Below, piece by piece: positions 16,415 through 25,275 of a stretch of 51,120 bases of DNA. Source of the stretch: Gaiellaceae bacterium. Lineage in GTDB: Bacteria; Actinomycetota; Thermoleophilia; Gaiellales; Gaiellaceae. Below the pieces are notes generated by a model. The model was given only the letters and a program-made list of their open reading frames with translations, ran no database searches and was not told where the DNA came from. The position numbers and the translations under genes are program-made. Numbering within the stretch: position 1 is the stretch's first letter; the number at the start of each line of letters is the position of its first letter. The stretch is from positions 1 to 51,120 of the forward strand of contig DATDKA010000150.1 of NCBI GenBank assembly GCA_036520235.1, given 5' to 3'.

Positions 16415-17745
16415 TGAGCGTCCATAAAAAGCTGATCCTGGTCGTGATCGACGGCCTGACGCCCGAGGTCTTCGAGGCCGTCGACGACTCGTCGGCGCCG
16501 ACGCTCGCGGCGCTCGCGGAAGCCGGCAGCTACCGACGCGCCGTCTCCACCTTCCCTTCGCTGACGCCGGTCTGCCTCGCCTCGATCGCGACCGGCGGAG
16601 GCCCCGACGTCCACGGCATCCCCCACCTGACCTGGTACCACCGCGGGGAGCAGCGTCTGGTCGAGTACGGCTCGTCCTTCGGTGCGATCCGCGCCGCGGG
16701 CACGCGCCGCGCCATCCGCGACGCGATCGTGGAGATGAACGCCGAGCACCTCTCGAGTGACGCCGTGACGGTCTACGAGGCGCTCGAGGACCACGGGCTC
16801 GTCACGGCAGCGGTCAACGTCCCCTGCTACCGGGGACGCACCCGCCATGCCGCGACACTGCCAGGCGTGCGGGGCGTGCAGGGGCCGCGGCGGTTCTTCT
16901 ACTACAGCCTCTTCGAGTCGGACGTCACCGGCGCCCCGCTCGCGATCCGCGGACGCGCGACCGGCTCGATCGACGCGTACGCCGCCGCGGTCGGTCGGTG
17001 GCTCGTCACCCGCGACGGCTTCGACTTTCTCTTCTACTACCTCCCGGACTACGACTTCGCGTCCCATGCGCTCGGGCCCGGCGGCGCGCAGGAGGCGCTG
17101 GGACGGAGCGACGCCGCCGTGGCTGCGCTCGTCGAGGCCGCCGGAGGGATCGATCCGTTCCTCGACCGCTACGACGTCGTCCTCTGCTCCGACCACGGTC
17201 AGACACCGGTGGACGATTTCGTTCGCCTCGAGGACACGCTCGCCGACTTCGCCCTCCTCCGGCCCGGCTCGAGACGCGGCGACGCGCAGCTCGTCGTCAC
17301 GGCGTCGAACCGCGCGGGGCAGGTCTATGTCCTTCCGGGGGCGGCCGTCGAGCCGCAGGCGATCGCAGAGCGGCTGGCGCAGGAACCTGCGCTCGACGTC
17401 GTCCTCTTCCGGGACGGCGACGAGGTGGTTGCGCTGCGGGAGGGCGGGGAGGAACGCTTCGGCGCCGAGGCGGAGGGCTGGCGTGCCCGCGCCTGGCACG
17501 CGCTCGCGAACCCGAACGCGGGGGAGGTGCTCGTCTCGCCGGCGGCCGGCGTGGAGCTGGCCGACCTCGCCGGCTGCCATCATGTCGGCGGCGGCTCCCA
17601 CGGCTCGCTCCTCGACGGCGACTCGCTGGTCCCGATGCTGATCGTCGGCTCAAAGGTGGAGCCCCCGGCTGCGATCACCGGCGTCGCCTCCGTCGTGCTC
17701 GCGCACTTCGGCGTGGAAGCCCCGGCGTATGCCCGTGCCGCCTGA
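16414..17745 (+). CDS. Alkaline-phosphatase-superfamily phosphodiesterase / nucleotide pyrophosphatase-like protein
   Basis: LILVVIDGLTPE, TFPSLTPVCLASIATG (nucleophile region), LCSDHGQTP, GGSHGSL. The upstream 182 codons of the track ORF overlap other genes and are rejected. Confidence 0.8.
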   Translation: MSVHKKLILVVIDGLTPEVFEAVDDSSAPTLAALAEAGSYRRAVSTFPSLTPVCLASIATGGGPDVHGIPHLTWYHRGEQRLVEYGSSFGAIRAAGTRRAIRDAIVEMNAEHLSSDAVTVYEALEDHGLVTAAVNVPCYRGRTRHAATLPGVRGVQGPRRFFYYSLFESDVTGAPLAIRGRATGSIDAYAAAVGRWLVTRDGFDFLFYYLPDYDFASHALGPGGAQEALGRSDAAVAALVEAAGGIDPFLDRYDVVLCSDHGQTPVDDFVRLEDTLADFALLRPGSRRGDAQLVVTASNRAGQVYVLPGAAVEPQAIAERLAQEPALDVVLFRDGDEVVALREGGEERFGAEAEGWRARAWHALANPNAGEVLVSPAAGVELADLAGCHHVGGGSHGSLLDGDSLVPMLIVGSKVEPPAAITGVASVVLAHFGVEAPAYARAA

Positions 17746-18376
17746 GCTCCGCCGCGCGCGCATGGTCGACGAGCAGCTGCGGGGCCGGGACATCCGGAAC
17801 GAGCGAGTGCTGGAGGCGATGGAGCGCGTACCCCGTGAGCTGTTCGTCCCCGACGACCTCTGGGAGCGCGCCTACGACGACGCCGCGCTGCCGATCAGCG
17901 CGGGCCAGACGATCTCGCAGCCGTACATGGTTGCCCGCATCGCGCAGGAGCTCGGGCTGGACGGCGACGAGGCCGTGCTCGACGTCGGCACCGGCTCCGG
18001 CTACCAGGCGGCGGTGCTCGCCGAGCTCGCCGACCACGTCGACACGATCGAGCGGATCCCGGAGCTCGCCGAGCAGGCGAGGCGGAACCTCGAGGCGGCC
18101 GGGTACGAGCAGGTCGAGGTGCACCAGGGCGACGGCTCGCGCGGCTACGCGGACCGCGCGCCGTACGACGCGATCGCCGTCGCCGCTGCGGCTCCGGGCT
18201 TCCCGCAGGCGCTCTACGACCAGCTCACCGCGGGCGGCCGCCTGGTCGTCCCCGTCGGCGGCAGGCGAGGGCAGCGGCTCGAGGTGATCGTCCGCAGCCC
18301 GGAGGGGCCGGCGGTGCTCAAGTCGGTTCCGTGCCGCTTCGTGCCGCTCGTCGGAGAGGAGGGCTTCGAGGAGTGA
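17729..18376 (+). CDS. pcm: Protein-L-isoaspartate O-methyltransferase
   Basis: GQTISQPYMVARI, VLDVGTGSGYQAAVLAEL, LVVPVG. Confidence 0.92.
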   Translation: MPVPPELRRARMVDEQLRGRDIRNERVLEAMERVPRELFVPDDLWERAYDDAALPISAGQTISQPYMVARIAQELGLDGDEAVLDVGTGSGYQAAVLAELADHVDTIERIPELAEQARRNLEAAGYEQVEVHQGDGSRGYADRAPYDAIAVAAAAPGFPQALYDQLTAGGRLVVPVGGRRGQRLEVIVRSPEGPAVLKSVPCRFVPLVGEEGFEE

Positions 18377-18654
18377 GCGCACGGGCGCACGTCGTCGTCA
18401 CGGGCCGTGTCCAGGGCGTCTTCTTCCGGGCCGAGACGCGTAACCGCGCGAGGTCGCTCGGCCTCGGCGGCTGGGTCCGCAACAACGGAGACGGGTCCGT
18501 GGAGGCCGTGTTCGAGGGCCCCGACGAGCGCGTGGAGTCGATGCTCGACTGGTGCCGACGTGGGCCCGCCCACGCGGACGTCGAGAACGTCCAGGTCGAC
18601 TGGGAGGATCCGCGCGGCGACACCGAGTTCGCCGTCCAGGGAGGCTGGGCATAA
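18373..18654 (+). CDS. acyP: Acylphosphatase
   Basis: GTGA overlap with pcm. HVVVTGRVQGVFFRAETRNRARSLGLGGWVRNNGDGSVEAVFEG. Confidence 0.88.
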   Translation: MSARAHVVVTGRVQGVFFRAETRNRARSLGLGGWVRNNGDGSVEAVFEGPDERVESMLDWCRRGPAHADVENVQVDWEDPRGDTEFAVQGGWA

Positions 18655-18659
18655 AAGGC

Positions 18660-18935
18660 GTGGTGGAAGAGCTGCTCCGACAGTCCGTCCTGCTCCACGG
18701 CATCGAGGTCGGCCGCGTCGTCGACGTGATCCTCGAGCCCGAGAACCATGCCGTGATCGGCTTCGAAGTCCGCTGCAAGGACGGCCGTCACCGGTTCCTG
18801 CCGCAGGCTGCGGCGGTGATGGGCGGCGACGGGATCGAGATCGATTCGCCGTTCGGCCTGCTCGACACCGACCAGCTCGACTTCTACCGCTCTCACGGCC
18901 TCACCCTGCGTACGCGCAAGGAACCTGCAGCCTGA
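18660..18935 (+). CDS. PRC-barrel-domain protein
   Basis: GTG 18660. LLHGIEVGRVVDVILEPENHAVIGFEVRCKDGRHRFLP. Small beta-barrel pattern. Confidence 0.6.
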   Translation: MVEELLRQSVLLHGIEVGRVVDVILEPENHAVIGFEVRCKDGRHRFLPQAAAVMGGDGIEIDSPFGLLDTDQLDFYRSHGLTLRTRKEPAA

Positions 18936-18960
18936 CCGGCCGCTAGGGTTCGGCCCGCCC

Positions 18961-19410
18961 GTGTCCCGTTCGCTCTCCACCTCGTTGGTGCTCGCCGGCG
19001 GGCGCGCCGGCGCGGCCCTGCGACGGCCGCACAACTGGGTCCAGCTGGCGAAGTTCTGCACGGTCGGTGCGACGGGGTACGTGATCAACCTGGCCGTCTT
19101 CAGCACGCTCGTCCTCGGCGCGGGGTGGCACCACCTGCTGGCCGCAACGATCTCGTTTCTGGTCGCCGTCACGAACAACTACGTCTGGAACCGGGTCTGG
19201 ACGTTCCGCGGGCAGCGCGGACACGTCGCCTACCAGGGGATCCGGTTCCTGATCGTCGCCGTGTGCGCGTTGGCTGCGAACCTCGTGATCCTGGACGTCC
19301 TGATCTCGGCCGGCCTCGAAAAGATCCCGGCGCAGGCGATCGCGGTCATCCTCGTCACCCCGCTGAACTTCGTCGGCAACAAGCTCTGGAGCTTTCGCAG
19401 AAAGTCCTAG
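18961..19410 (+). CDS. GtrA-family membrane protein
   Basis: KFCTVGATGYVINLAVFSTL...VAVTNNYVWNRVWTF...FVGNKLWSFR. TAGGGT lies 11 nt upstream of the GTG. Confidence 0.85.
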   Translation: MSRSLSTSLVLAGGRAGAALRRPHNWVQLAKFCTVGATGYVINLAVFSTLVLGAGWHHLLAATISFLVAVTNNYVWNRVWTFRGQRGHVAYQGIRFLIVAVCALAANLVILDVLISAGLEKIPAQAIAVILVTPLNFVGNKLWSFRRKS

Positions 19411-19424
19411 CGGACTTTCTGCGA
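19395..19424 (+). promoter_or_regulatory. 13-bp perfect hairpin enclosing the gtrA stop codon and part of the next gene's SD
   Basis: TCGCAGAAAGTCC (19395-19407), loop TAGC (stop TAG 19408-19410), GGACTTTCTGCGA (19412-19424). The SD GAGGAG is at 19423-19428 and the GTG at 19434. No U-tract follows. Confidence 0.6.
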
Positions 19425-19433
19425 GGAGACTGC

Positions 19434-21149
19434 GTGCGCCTTCTGGCCGTAGTCCTTCTCGGTCTCGTTCTCGCGTCGCCCGCTCGAGCGGCCGACGCGC
19501 GCCTCTCCGAGGCGGGCGCAACTGACAGATTCGTGGCGAACGGCAAGGTCCGGGACTGGCTCGACCGCTACCCCTCCCGCGGCATCGTGGACGACGCGTC
19601 CTACGATTCGAAGTCGGGCGAGTGGACGGTGCACGTCTGGTGGGGCGAAGCCGGCGAGATCGCTCGGGGGAAGGTCGACGACCGGACCGGCCGCGTGCTC
19701 GAGGCCTGGACCGGCCCGCAGGTCGCCTGGAAGATGGCGCGCGGCTACCCCGGCGCCTTCGGCGGCAAGACGATCAACCGGCCCGCGGTCTGGCTCGCCC
19801 TGTGCGCCGTCTTCCTCCTGGGCCTGGTCGACTGGCGCCGCCCGCTGAGCCTGCGCACGCTCGACCTGGGCGTGCTCCTCTCGTTTTCGGTCTCGCTCTG
19901 GTTCTTCAACCACGGGGACATCTTCACCAGCATGCCGCTCGCCTACCCGGCGTTCGGCTACCTAATCGGCCGTCTCGCCTGGATCGGGCTCCGGGGCCGG
20001 AGCCCGTCGCGCCGGGCGGCGTTCTGGCCGGTCTGGCTGCTGGCCGCGGCGACGGTCTTCCTGGCGGGCTTCCGGATCGGCCTCAACCTCGAGGGGTCGA
20101 ACGTGATCGACGTCGGCTACTCGGGGGTCGTGGGAGCGCACCGGATCGTCCACGGTGAGATGCCGTACGGGCACATGCCGGCGCAGGGGAAGCTGAAGGC
20201 GTGCGGCAAGGCGGACGCCGAGGGCGAGATCCGGGACCGGATCCAGACGAACGGCCGTTGCGAGTCGTCGAACGAGCGCGGCGACACGTATGGGCCGGTG
20301 TCGTACGAGGCTTACGTTCCGGGCTATCTCCTGTTCGGCTGGAGCGGGAAGTGGGACCGCCTCCCGTCGGCGCACTTCACAGCGATCGCCGCCGACCTGC
20401 TGGCGCTGATCGGGATCGCGCTCGTCGGCCTGCGTTTCGGAGGAATCCCGCTCGCAGCCGCCCTAGCGTTCGCGTGGGCGGCCTACCCGTTCACGCAGTA
20501 CGCCTCCAACTCGAACACGAACGACGCCCTGCCGCCGCTGTTTCTCATCTGGGGCTTCTGGCTCGTCTCCTCGAGCTTTGCGCGGGGCGCGTTCGCCGCG
20601 CTGGCCGGCTGGACGAAGTTCGGGCCGCTGATCGTCGCACCCCTCTGGGCCGGCTACCCCGAAGCGGTGCGCCTGCGCCGGCCGCGCGGGCCGCTCGTCT
20701 ACGCCGCCGGGTTCCTGGCCGCATCCCTGGCCGCCTTTTCGATCCTGCTGCTCGAGCCGGATCCGCTGCACGCCGCGCGCGTCTTCTGGAACCGCACGTT
20801 CGGCTGGCAGCTCGGGCGCGAGTCACCGTTCTCGATCTGGGACTGGGGCCAGTACCACGCGGCCGGCATTCCCGATCTCCACGTCGTCCACTACGTCGTG
20901 ATCGGCGCCGTGATGGTCGCCGCCGGGCTGTCCGCGTTCTATCCGCGCCGGCGGTCGCCGCTCCAGCTGGCTGCGCTCACCGCTGCGTTGATCGTCGGCT
21001 TCGAGCTCGTCCTCACCCACTGGTCGTACCTCTACATCCCATGGTTCTTCCCCTTCGTTGCGTTCGCCGTCCTGGCGCCCACGCGGCAGGAGCGGGAGGA
21101 GCCGCCCGCTGCGGTTGAGCGAGAGCCCGAGCTCGTTGCGGCTGGCTAG
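19434..21149 (+). CDS. Polytopic membrane protein with an N-terminal PepSY-like ectodomain; probable GT-C-fold glycosyltransferase
   Basis: GTG 19434 after GAGGAG. Signal or anchor VRLLAVVLLGLVLASPARA. GEWTVHVWWGEAGEIARGKVDDRTGRVLEAW (PepSY-like), then at least 10 hydrophobic helices. Follows gtrA. Confidence 0.6.
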   Translation: MRLLAVVLLGLVLASPARAADARLSEAGATDRFVANGKVRDWLDRYPSRGIVDDASYDSKSGEWTVHVWWGEAGEIARGKVDDRTGRVLEAWTGPQVAWKMARGYPGAFGGKTINRPAVWLALCAVFLLGLVDWRRPLSLRTLDLGVLLSFSVSLWFFNHGDIFTSMPLAYPAFGYLIGRLAWIGLRGRSPSRRAAFWPVWLLAAATVFLAGFRIGLNLEGSNVIDVGYSGVVGAHRIVHGEMPYGHMPAQGKLKACGKADAEGEIRDRIQTNGRCESSNERGDTYGPVSYEAYVPGYLLFGWSGKWDRLPSAHFTAIAADLLALIGIALVGLRFGGIPLAAALAFAWAAYPFTQYASNSNTNDALPPLFLIWGFWLVSSSFARGAFAALAGWTKFGPLIVAPLWAGYPEAVRLRRPRGPLVYAAGFLAASLAAFSILLLEPDPLHAARVFWNRTFGWQLGRESPFSIWDWGQYHAAGIPDLHVVHYVVIGAVMVAAGLSAFYPRRRSPLQLAALTAALIVGFELVLTHWSYLYIPWFFPFVAFAVLAPTRQEREEPPAAVEREPELVAAG

Positions 21150-22299
21150 CTCGGCGCTCGGCGTCGCGCTCTTCCTCCTCTCCTGGGGTCTGCTCCATCA
21201 CGGCTTCCTCGCGAGCAGCCAGATCCGCGACACCCCGATCTACGAGCGCTACGGCGAGGCGATGGTCGACGGGCAGCTCCCCTACCGCGACTTCGACGTC
21301 GAGTACCCACCCGCGGCGCTGCCGGTATTCGTCCTGCCCGCCCTCGGCGGCGGCGACTACGACCGGCGCTTCGAGGGGCTGATGGCGGGGATCGGCGTCG
21401 CCTGCGTGCTGCTCGTCGCCGCGTCGACGACGGCGCTCTGGGCGCCGATCGTCGTCGGGCTCTTCCCGCTCCTCCTGGGCTCCGTCGTCCTCTCCCGCTT
21501 CGACCTCTGGCCGGCGGCGCTCACGGCTCTCGCAGTCGCGTTGCTCCTCGCCGGCCGCTTCCGCCTCTCCGCGGCGGCGCTCGGCATCGCCACCGCGGCG
21601 AAGCTCTACCCCGCAGTGCTGGCGCCGATCCTCGTGGCGCACGTGTGGCGACAGCGAGGGCGGCGCGAAGCGCTGATCTGCGCCGCGGTCGCCGCCGGCG
21701 TCTTCGCCGCGATCCTCGCGCCGTTCGCCCTCGTCTCGCCGGGCGGGGTCTGGCATGCGCTCTGGGTCCAGGCCGGGCGCCCGCTCCAGCTGGAGAGCCT
21801 CGGCGCGGCGCTGCTGCTGGCGGCTCATCAGGCGTTCGGCCTCGAACTGACGATGGAGTCGAGCCACGGCTCGCAGAACCTCTCCGGCGGTACCGCCGAC
21901 GCCCTGGCAGTCGCGTCGACGGCGATCCAGATCGCTGCTCTCGTGGCGATCTGGGTCTGGTACGCAAGGGGCCCCGCGACGCGCGACCGGCTCGTTGCCG
22001 CCTGCGGGGCGGCGGTCTGCGCCTTCATCGCCTTCGGGAAGGTGCTCTCGCCGCAGTTTCTGATCTGGCTCGTCCCGCTCGTCCCGCTCGTGCGCGGCCG
22101 GCGGGGGCTGGCGGCGTCAGCTGTGCTGGCCGCCGCTCTCGTCTTCACCCAGCTCTGGTTCCCGTCCCGCTACTGGCGGTTGGCGCTCGAGTTCGACGCC
22201 ACGGCGTCGTGGCTCGTGCTGGCGCGCGACCTGACGCTGGTCGCGCTCACCGTGTTGCTCATTGCTCGAGTGGCACCCGGACGGTCTCGCAGCGCTTAG
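21136..22299 (+). CDS. DUF2029/GT87-like membrane glycosyltransferase
   Basis: YERYGEAMVDGQLPYRDFDVEYPPAALPVFVLP, then many TM helices. Start uncertain (TTG 21136, or ATG 21058 with a 92-nt overlap). Confidence 0.65.
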   Translation: MRLASSALGVALFLLSWGLLHHGFLASSQIRDTPIYERYGEAMVDGQLPYRDFDVEYPPAALPVFVLPALGGGDYDRRFEGLMAGIGVACVLLVAASTTALWAPIVVGLFPLLLGSVVLSRFDLWPAALTALAVALLLAGRFRLSAAALGIATAAKLYPAVLAPILVAHVWRQRGRREALICAAVAAGVFAAILAPFALVSPGGVWHALWVQAGRPLQLESLGAALLLAAHQAFGLELTMESSHGSQNLSGGTADALAVASTAIQIAALVAIWVWYARGPATRDRLVAACGAAVCAFIAFGKVLSPQFLIWLVPLVPLVRGRRGLAASAVLAAALVFTQLWFPSRYWRLALEFDATASWLVLARDLTLVALTVLLIARVAPGRSRSA

Positions 22300-23041
22300 C
22301 CCGGCCGTCGCCGCCGCATTCCACGAGCACGCCCTCGAGCCGGACGCCCTCCTTCGCTGTGCGGAAGCGGATCGGGATGCCGGTGCGCATCTGCTCGACG
22401 GCGAGCTCGGTGACGACGCCGATCACGGAGTCGTGCGGTCCCGTCATGCCGGCGTCCGTGATCGCCGCTGTGCCGGCGGACGAAACCCGCGCGTCGTTGG
22501 TCTGGATGTGCGTGTGCGTGCCGAGGACGGCCGTGACCTTGCCGTCGAGGTAGGCGGCCATCGCCACCTTCTCGCTCGTCGCCTCGCCGTGGAAGTCGAC
22601 GAGGATCACGGGTGTCGTCCGCCGCGCCTCCGCCACGAGGTCGTCGATCACCTCCCACGGGCCGTGCGGCGGCGCCAGGAAGAGCTGCCCGAGGATGTTG
22701 ATGACGGCGACCGCTGTGCCGTCGGCCGCCTCGGCGACGGTGAGGCCGCGACCCGGCGTGTGGCTCGACAGGTTCGCGGGCCGGATCACACGGTCGGCCT
22801 CGGCGAGGTACGGGATCACCTCTTTCCGACGCCAGGTGTGGTTCCCGAGCGTGATCACGTCGGCGCCGGAGGCGAGGATCTTCTCGGCGATCTGCGGCGT
22901 GATCCCCAGGCCGTCGGCGGCGTTTTCACCGTTGACGGCGCAGAAGTCGACGCCGAGCTCCTCGCGCAGCTCCGGCAGCAGCCGCTCGACCGCGCGTGTG
23001 CCCGGCGTCCCGTTTACGTCGGCGACGAAGAGGAGCTTTAT
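22259..23041 (-). CDS. ymdB: YmdB-type metallophosphoesterase (2',3'-cyclic-nucleotide phosphodiesterase family) with an apparent non-canonical ATA start
   Basis: The track ORF starts at GTG 22858 (MITLGNHTW). The frame stays open upstream and encodes IKLLFVADVNGTPGTRAVERLLPELREELGVDFCAVNGENAADGLGITPQIAEKILASGADV, the conserved N-terminal half. ATA 23041-23039 overlaps the upstream TAA. Confidence 0.75.
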   Translation of the reverse strand: MKLLFVADVNGTPGTRAVERLLPELREELGVDFCAVNGENAADGLGITPQIAEKILASGADVITLGNHTWRRKEVIPYLAEADRVIRPANLSSHTPGRGLTVAEAADGTAVAVINILGQLFLAPPHGPWEVIDDLVAEARRTTPVILVDFHGEATSEKVAMAAYLDGKVTAVLGTHTHIQTNDARVSSAGTAAITDAGMTGPHDSVIGVVTELAVEQMRTGIPIRFRTAKEGVRLEGVLVECGGDGRAKRCETVRVPLEQ

Positions 23042-23874
23042 GGGATCGCGAGCGTTGCGGCGGGATGCGCTTCCAGCGACACGTGGTTGCCGGCGTCCTG
23101 GGTGTAGCGCGCCAGTGCCTGCTTCTCGACCCGCGAGAAGTCGAGCACCGTGCCGAGCTTGGAGGTACCGGCTGTGACCGACGCGCCGACCGTAAGGGCC
23201 GGGTCGGGCCGCAGGTGCGTCAGCGAGACCACGAGCGCAGGTGCGTCGGCCGGCTGGACGTCGATGCGGCTTCCGAGTCGCCGCCCGCTGATCACGAAGT
23301 CGGTGATCCCGACGATTGCGCCGTCGACCGGCGAGTAGACGTCCGTGCCCGGTGCGGCGCCGACGTCGAGCACCGCGGTGCCAGGACCCTCCCCGCCGAG
23401 CTGGTAATAGGCCAGGCCGTTGTCGCCGAGACCGGCGACGCGGCGGACGAACCGCGCGAGGACACCCTCGTTCGCCTGACGCCCGACCGGGTCGAGCGGC
23501 AGTGCGCCGTTGTCGACTCCGTGGTAGCCGAGCGCCGTCGCGCGTGACTGCGAGATCGGCATCTGGATCCGCAAGGTGTCCTTGAGTGCGATCACCTGCG
23601 GCCTCGGGGGTCCGGTCGGGAGCAGCCGCTGAGCGGGAGCCGGCGCCGTCGTCAACGCCGGTCCCGAGTTGCCGGGGCCGAAGGCGCTCAGCAAGAGCGT
23701 CAGGCCGACGGCGCCGATCGCGAGGACGAGCAGCGCGATCCGCCTCGCCTGGTGGCGACCTGCGCCGGCGCGGCGTCGCCGGGCGCGTCGCGCCTGCGAC
23801 ACTGCCTTGGGCGGAGGCATCGCGCGCACGCTAACCGGTGCGCGGGCGCGCTTCAACTGGGCACTTCCTGACAC
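23038..23874 (-). CDS. Membrane-anchored protein with a degenerate LytM/M23-like domain
   Basis: Basic N-terminus, TM IALLVLAIGAVGLTLLLSAF, VYSPVDGAIVGI...VGASVTAGTSKLGTVLDF...GNHVSLE (M23-like, second His lost). Start uncertain: GTG 23874 (TAGACT 11 nt upstream), ATG 23820, or TTG 24000. ATG 24171 is rejected. Confidence 0.6.
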   Translation of the reverse strand: MSGSAQLKRARAPVSVRAMPPPKAVSQARRARRRRAGAGRHQARRIALLVLAIGAVGLTLLLSAFGPGNSGPALTTAPAPAQRLLPTGPPRPQVIALKDTLRIQMPISQSRATALGYHGVDNGALPLDPVGRQANEGVLARFVRRVAGLGDNGLAYYQLGGEGPGTAVLDVGAAPGTDVYSPVDGAIVGITDFVISGRRLGSRIDVQPADAPALVVSLTHLRPDPALTVGASVTAGTSKLGTVLDFSRVEKQALARYTQDAGNHVSLEAHPAATLAIP

Positions 23875-24053
23875 GGCGGAGGCGGAGTCTAGAGCCAATT
23901 CGACCCAGACTTCGTGGCCGTCGAGCGCAAGGTTCCCATCTTGGGCGAAGTTCGAGCCCAAAGCGCGGCCGCGTGGAGGTGCGGCAGTGTAAGGGGTCAA
24001 GGGAAACCGCGAGGGTTCCGGGGCGTCGACCAGGTCGAGCCAGATCTCCGGAG

Positions 24054-24059
24054 TACGAT
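24054..24059 (+). promoter_or_regulatory. -10-like hexamer TACGAT, 7 nt upstream of the perM ATG (leaderless candidate)
   Basis: TACGAT-CAACTCG-ATG(24067). No SD. Confidence 0.4.
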
Positions 24060-24066
24060 CAACTCG

Positions 24067-25275
24067 ATGCCGCCTGCCGCGCACAAGATCGAGATCCCGC
24101 GCTGGATCCAGCTCGTCGGGCTCCCACTGGTGCTCCTGCTCCTGTGGAAGCTGGCGGCGACGGTTACTCACGTCGTCTTCCTCTTCATCGTCGCCGCGCT
24201 GATCGCGCTCTTGCTCGACCCCATCGTGCGGGCGTTCGGGCGGCTGCGGGTTCCCCGTGGCTTCTCGATCGCCGTCGTCTACCTGAGCTTCGCCACCGTG
24301 ATCGTGGCCTCCGCGATCGCGATCGGCGCGATCGTGATCGACCAGTCACGCGCGGCTGCGGACCGGATCGACACCTACCTTACGGTCGAGCGCGGACAGC
24401 CCCCGCAGACGGATGCGGAGCGCGACGTGGTCCGGCTCCAGGCCTGGCTGGACGACCACGGGCTCGAGCGGGTTCGGGTGCGCAAGCAGGGAGACGATTT
24501 CGTCAACTCGCTCCGCGACGCGGGCCCGAGGGAGTACACGACCCGTGCAATCGACTTCCTCGAAGGCGCCGCGCTCTCCGTCTTCCAGGTGATCTTCAGC
24601 TTCGTGCTCGTGCTCGTGGTCTCGATCTACATGCTCCTCGACATGGGGAGGCTGTCCGCGGCCGTGGACCGCCGCTTCACGCCGCGGCCCGGGTCGGGGT
24701 CGCTGATCCCGCGCCTCGAGAGCGCGCTCGTGGGCTACGTCCGGGGCCAGCTCCTGCTCTCGCTGATCATCGGGACGAGCGCCGGCGTCGGGCTCTGGCT
24801 GCTGGGCACCCTCGGTTGGGCCGAGGGGATGGACAGCTACGCGCTCCTCTTCGGGGCCTGGGTCGGGGCGATGGAGTTGATCCCCTACCTCGGTCCGTGG
24901 CTCGGCGCCGTGCCGCCGATCACGTACGCGCTCGTGGTCGACCCCGTTTCCGCGATTTGGGTGGCGCTGCTCTTCCTCGGCATCCACCAGATCGAGGGCC
25001 ACATCGTCGTGCCGAATGTGATGGGGAGCGCGCTCCGGCTGCACCCGCTGCTCGTGATCTTCGGCCTGCTCGCCGGCGGCGAGATCTACGGGCTCCCCGG
25101 AATCTTCGTCGCCTTGCCGTTGCTCGCCGTGATCCGCGAGCTCTGGGAGTTCGCCGGCGAGCGCGTCGAACTCGAGCCGTGGAAGGAGGGGGAACCGGCC
25201 GTGCCCGTCGAGGTCGAGCAGAAGCCGGAAGTCGTGGAGGCGCCCCCTCCGCCACGGGCTAACGTCCAGTCGTGA
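24067..25275 (+). CDS. AI-2E family transporter (PerM/UPF0118)
   Basis: [27 protein letters not shown]...[15 protein letters not shown]...[10 protein letters not shown]. About 8 TM. Confidence 0.85.
   Translation: MPPAAHKIEIPRWIQLVGLPLVLLLLWKLAATVTHVVFLFIVAALIALLLDPIVRAFGRLRVPRGFSIAVVYLSFATVIVASAIAIGAIVIDQSRAAADRIDTYLTVERGQPPQTDAERDVVRLQAWLDDHGLERVRVRKQGDDFVNSLRDAGPREYTTRAIDFLEGAALSVFQVIFSFVLVLVVSIYMLLDMGRLSAAVDRRFTPRPGSGSLIPRLESALVGYVRGQLLLSLIIGTSAGVGLWLLGTLGWAEGMDSYALLFGAWVGAMELIPYLGPWLGAVPPITYALVVDPVSAIWVALLFLGIHQIEGHIVVPNVMGSALRLHPLLVIFGLLAGGEIYGLPGIFVALPLLAVIRELWEFAGERVELEPWKEGEPAVPVEVEQKPEVVEAPPPPRANVQS

Noticed and set aside
23821-24171. ydaO-type (c-di-AMP) riboswitch upstream of the LytM-like cell-wall gene, and the 377-aa version of that ORF starting at 24171
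   Set aside because: I could find only loose resemblances (GGGAACC, GGGTCGAATTGG, GTCAG...AAGCG). The conserved ACGGGG / CAGCUAACC elements are absent. A start at 24171 would overlap the divergent perM gene by about 100 nt.
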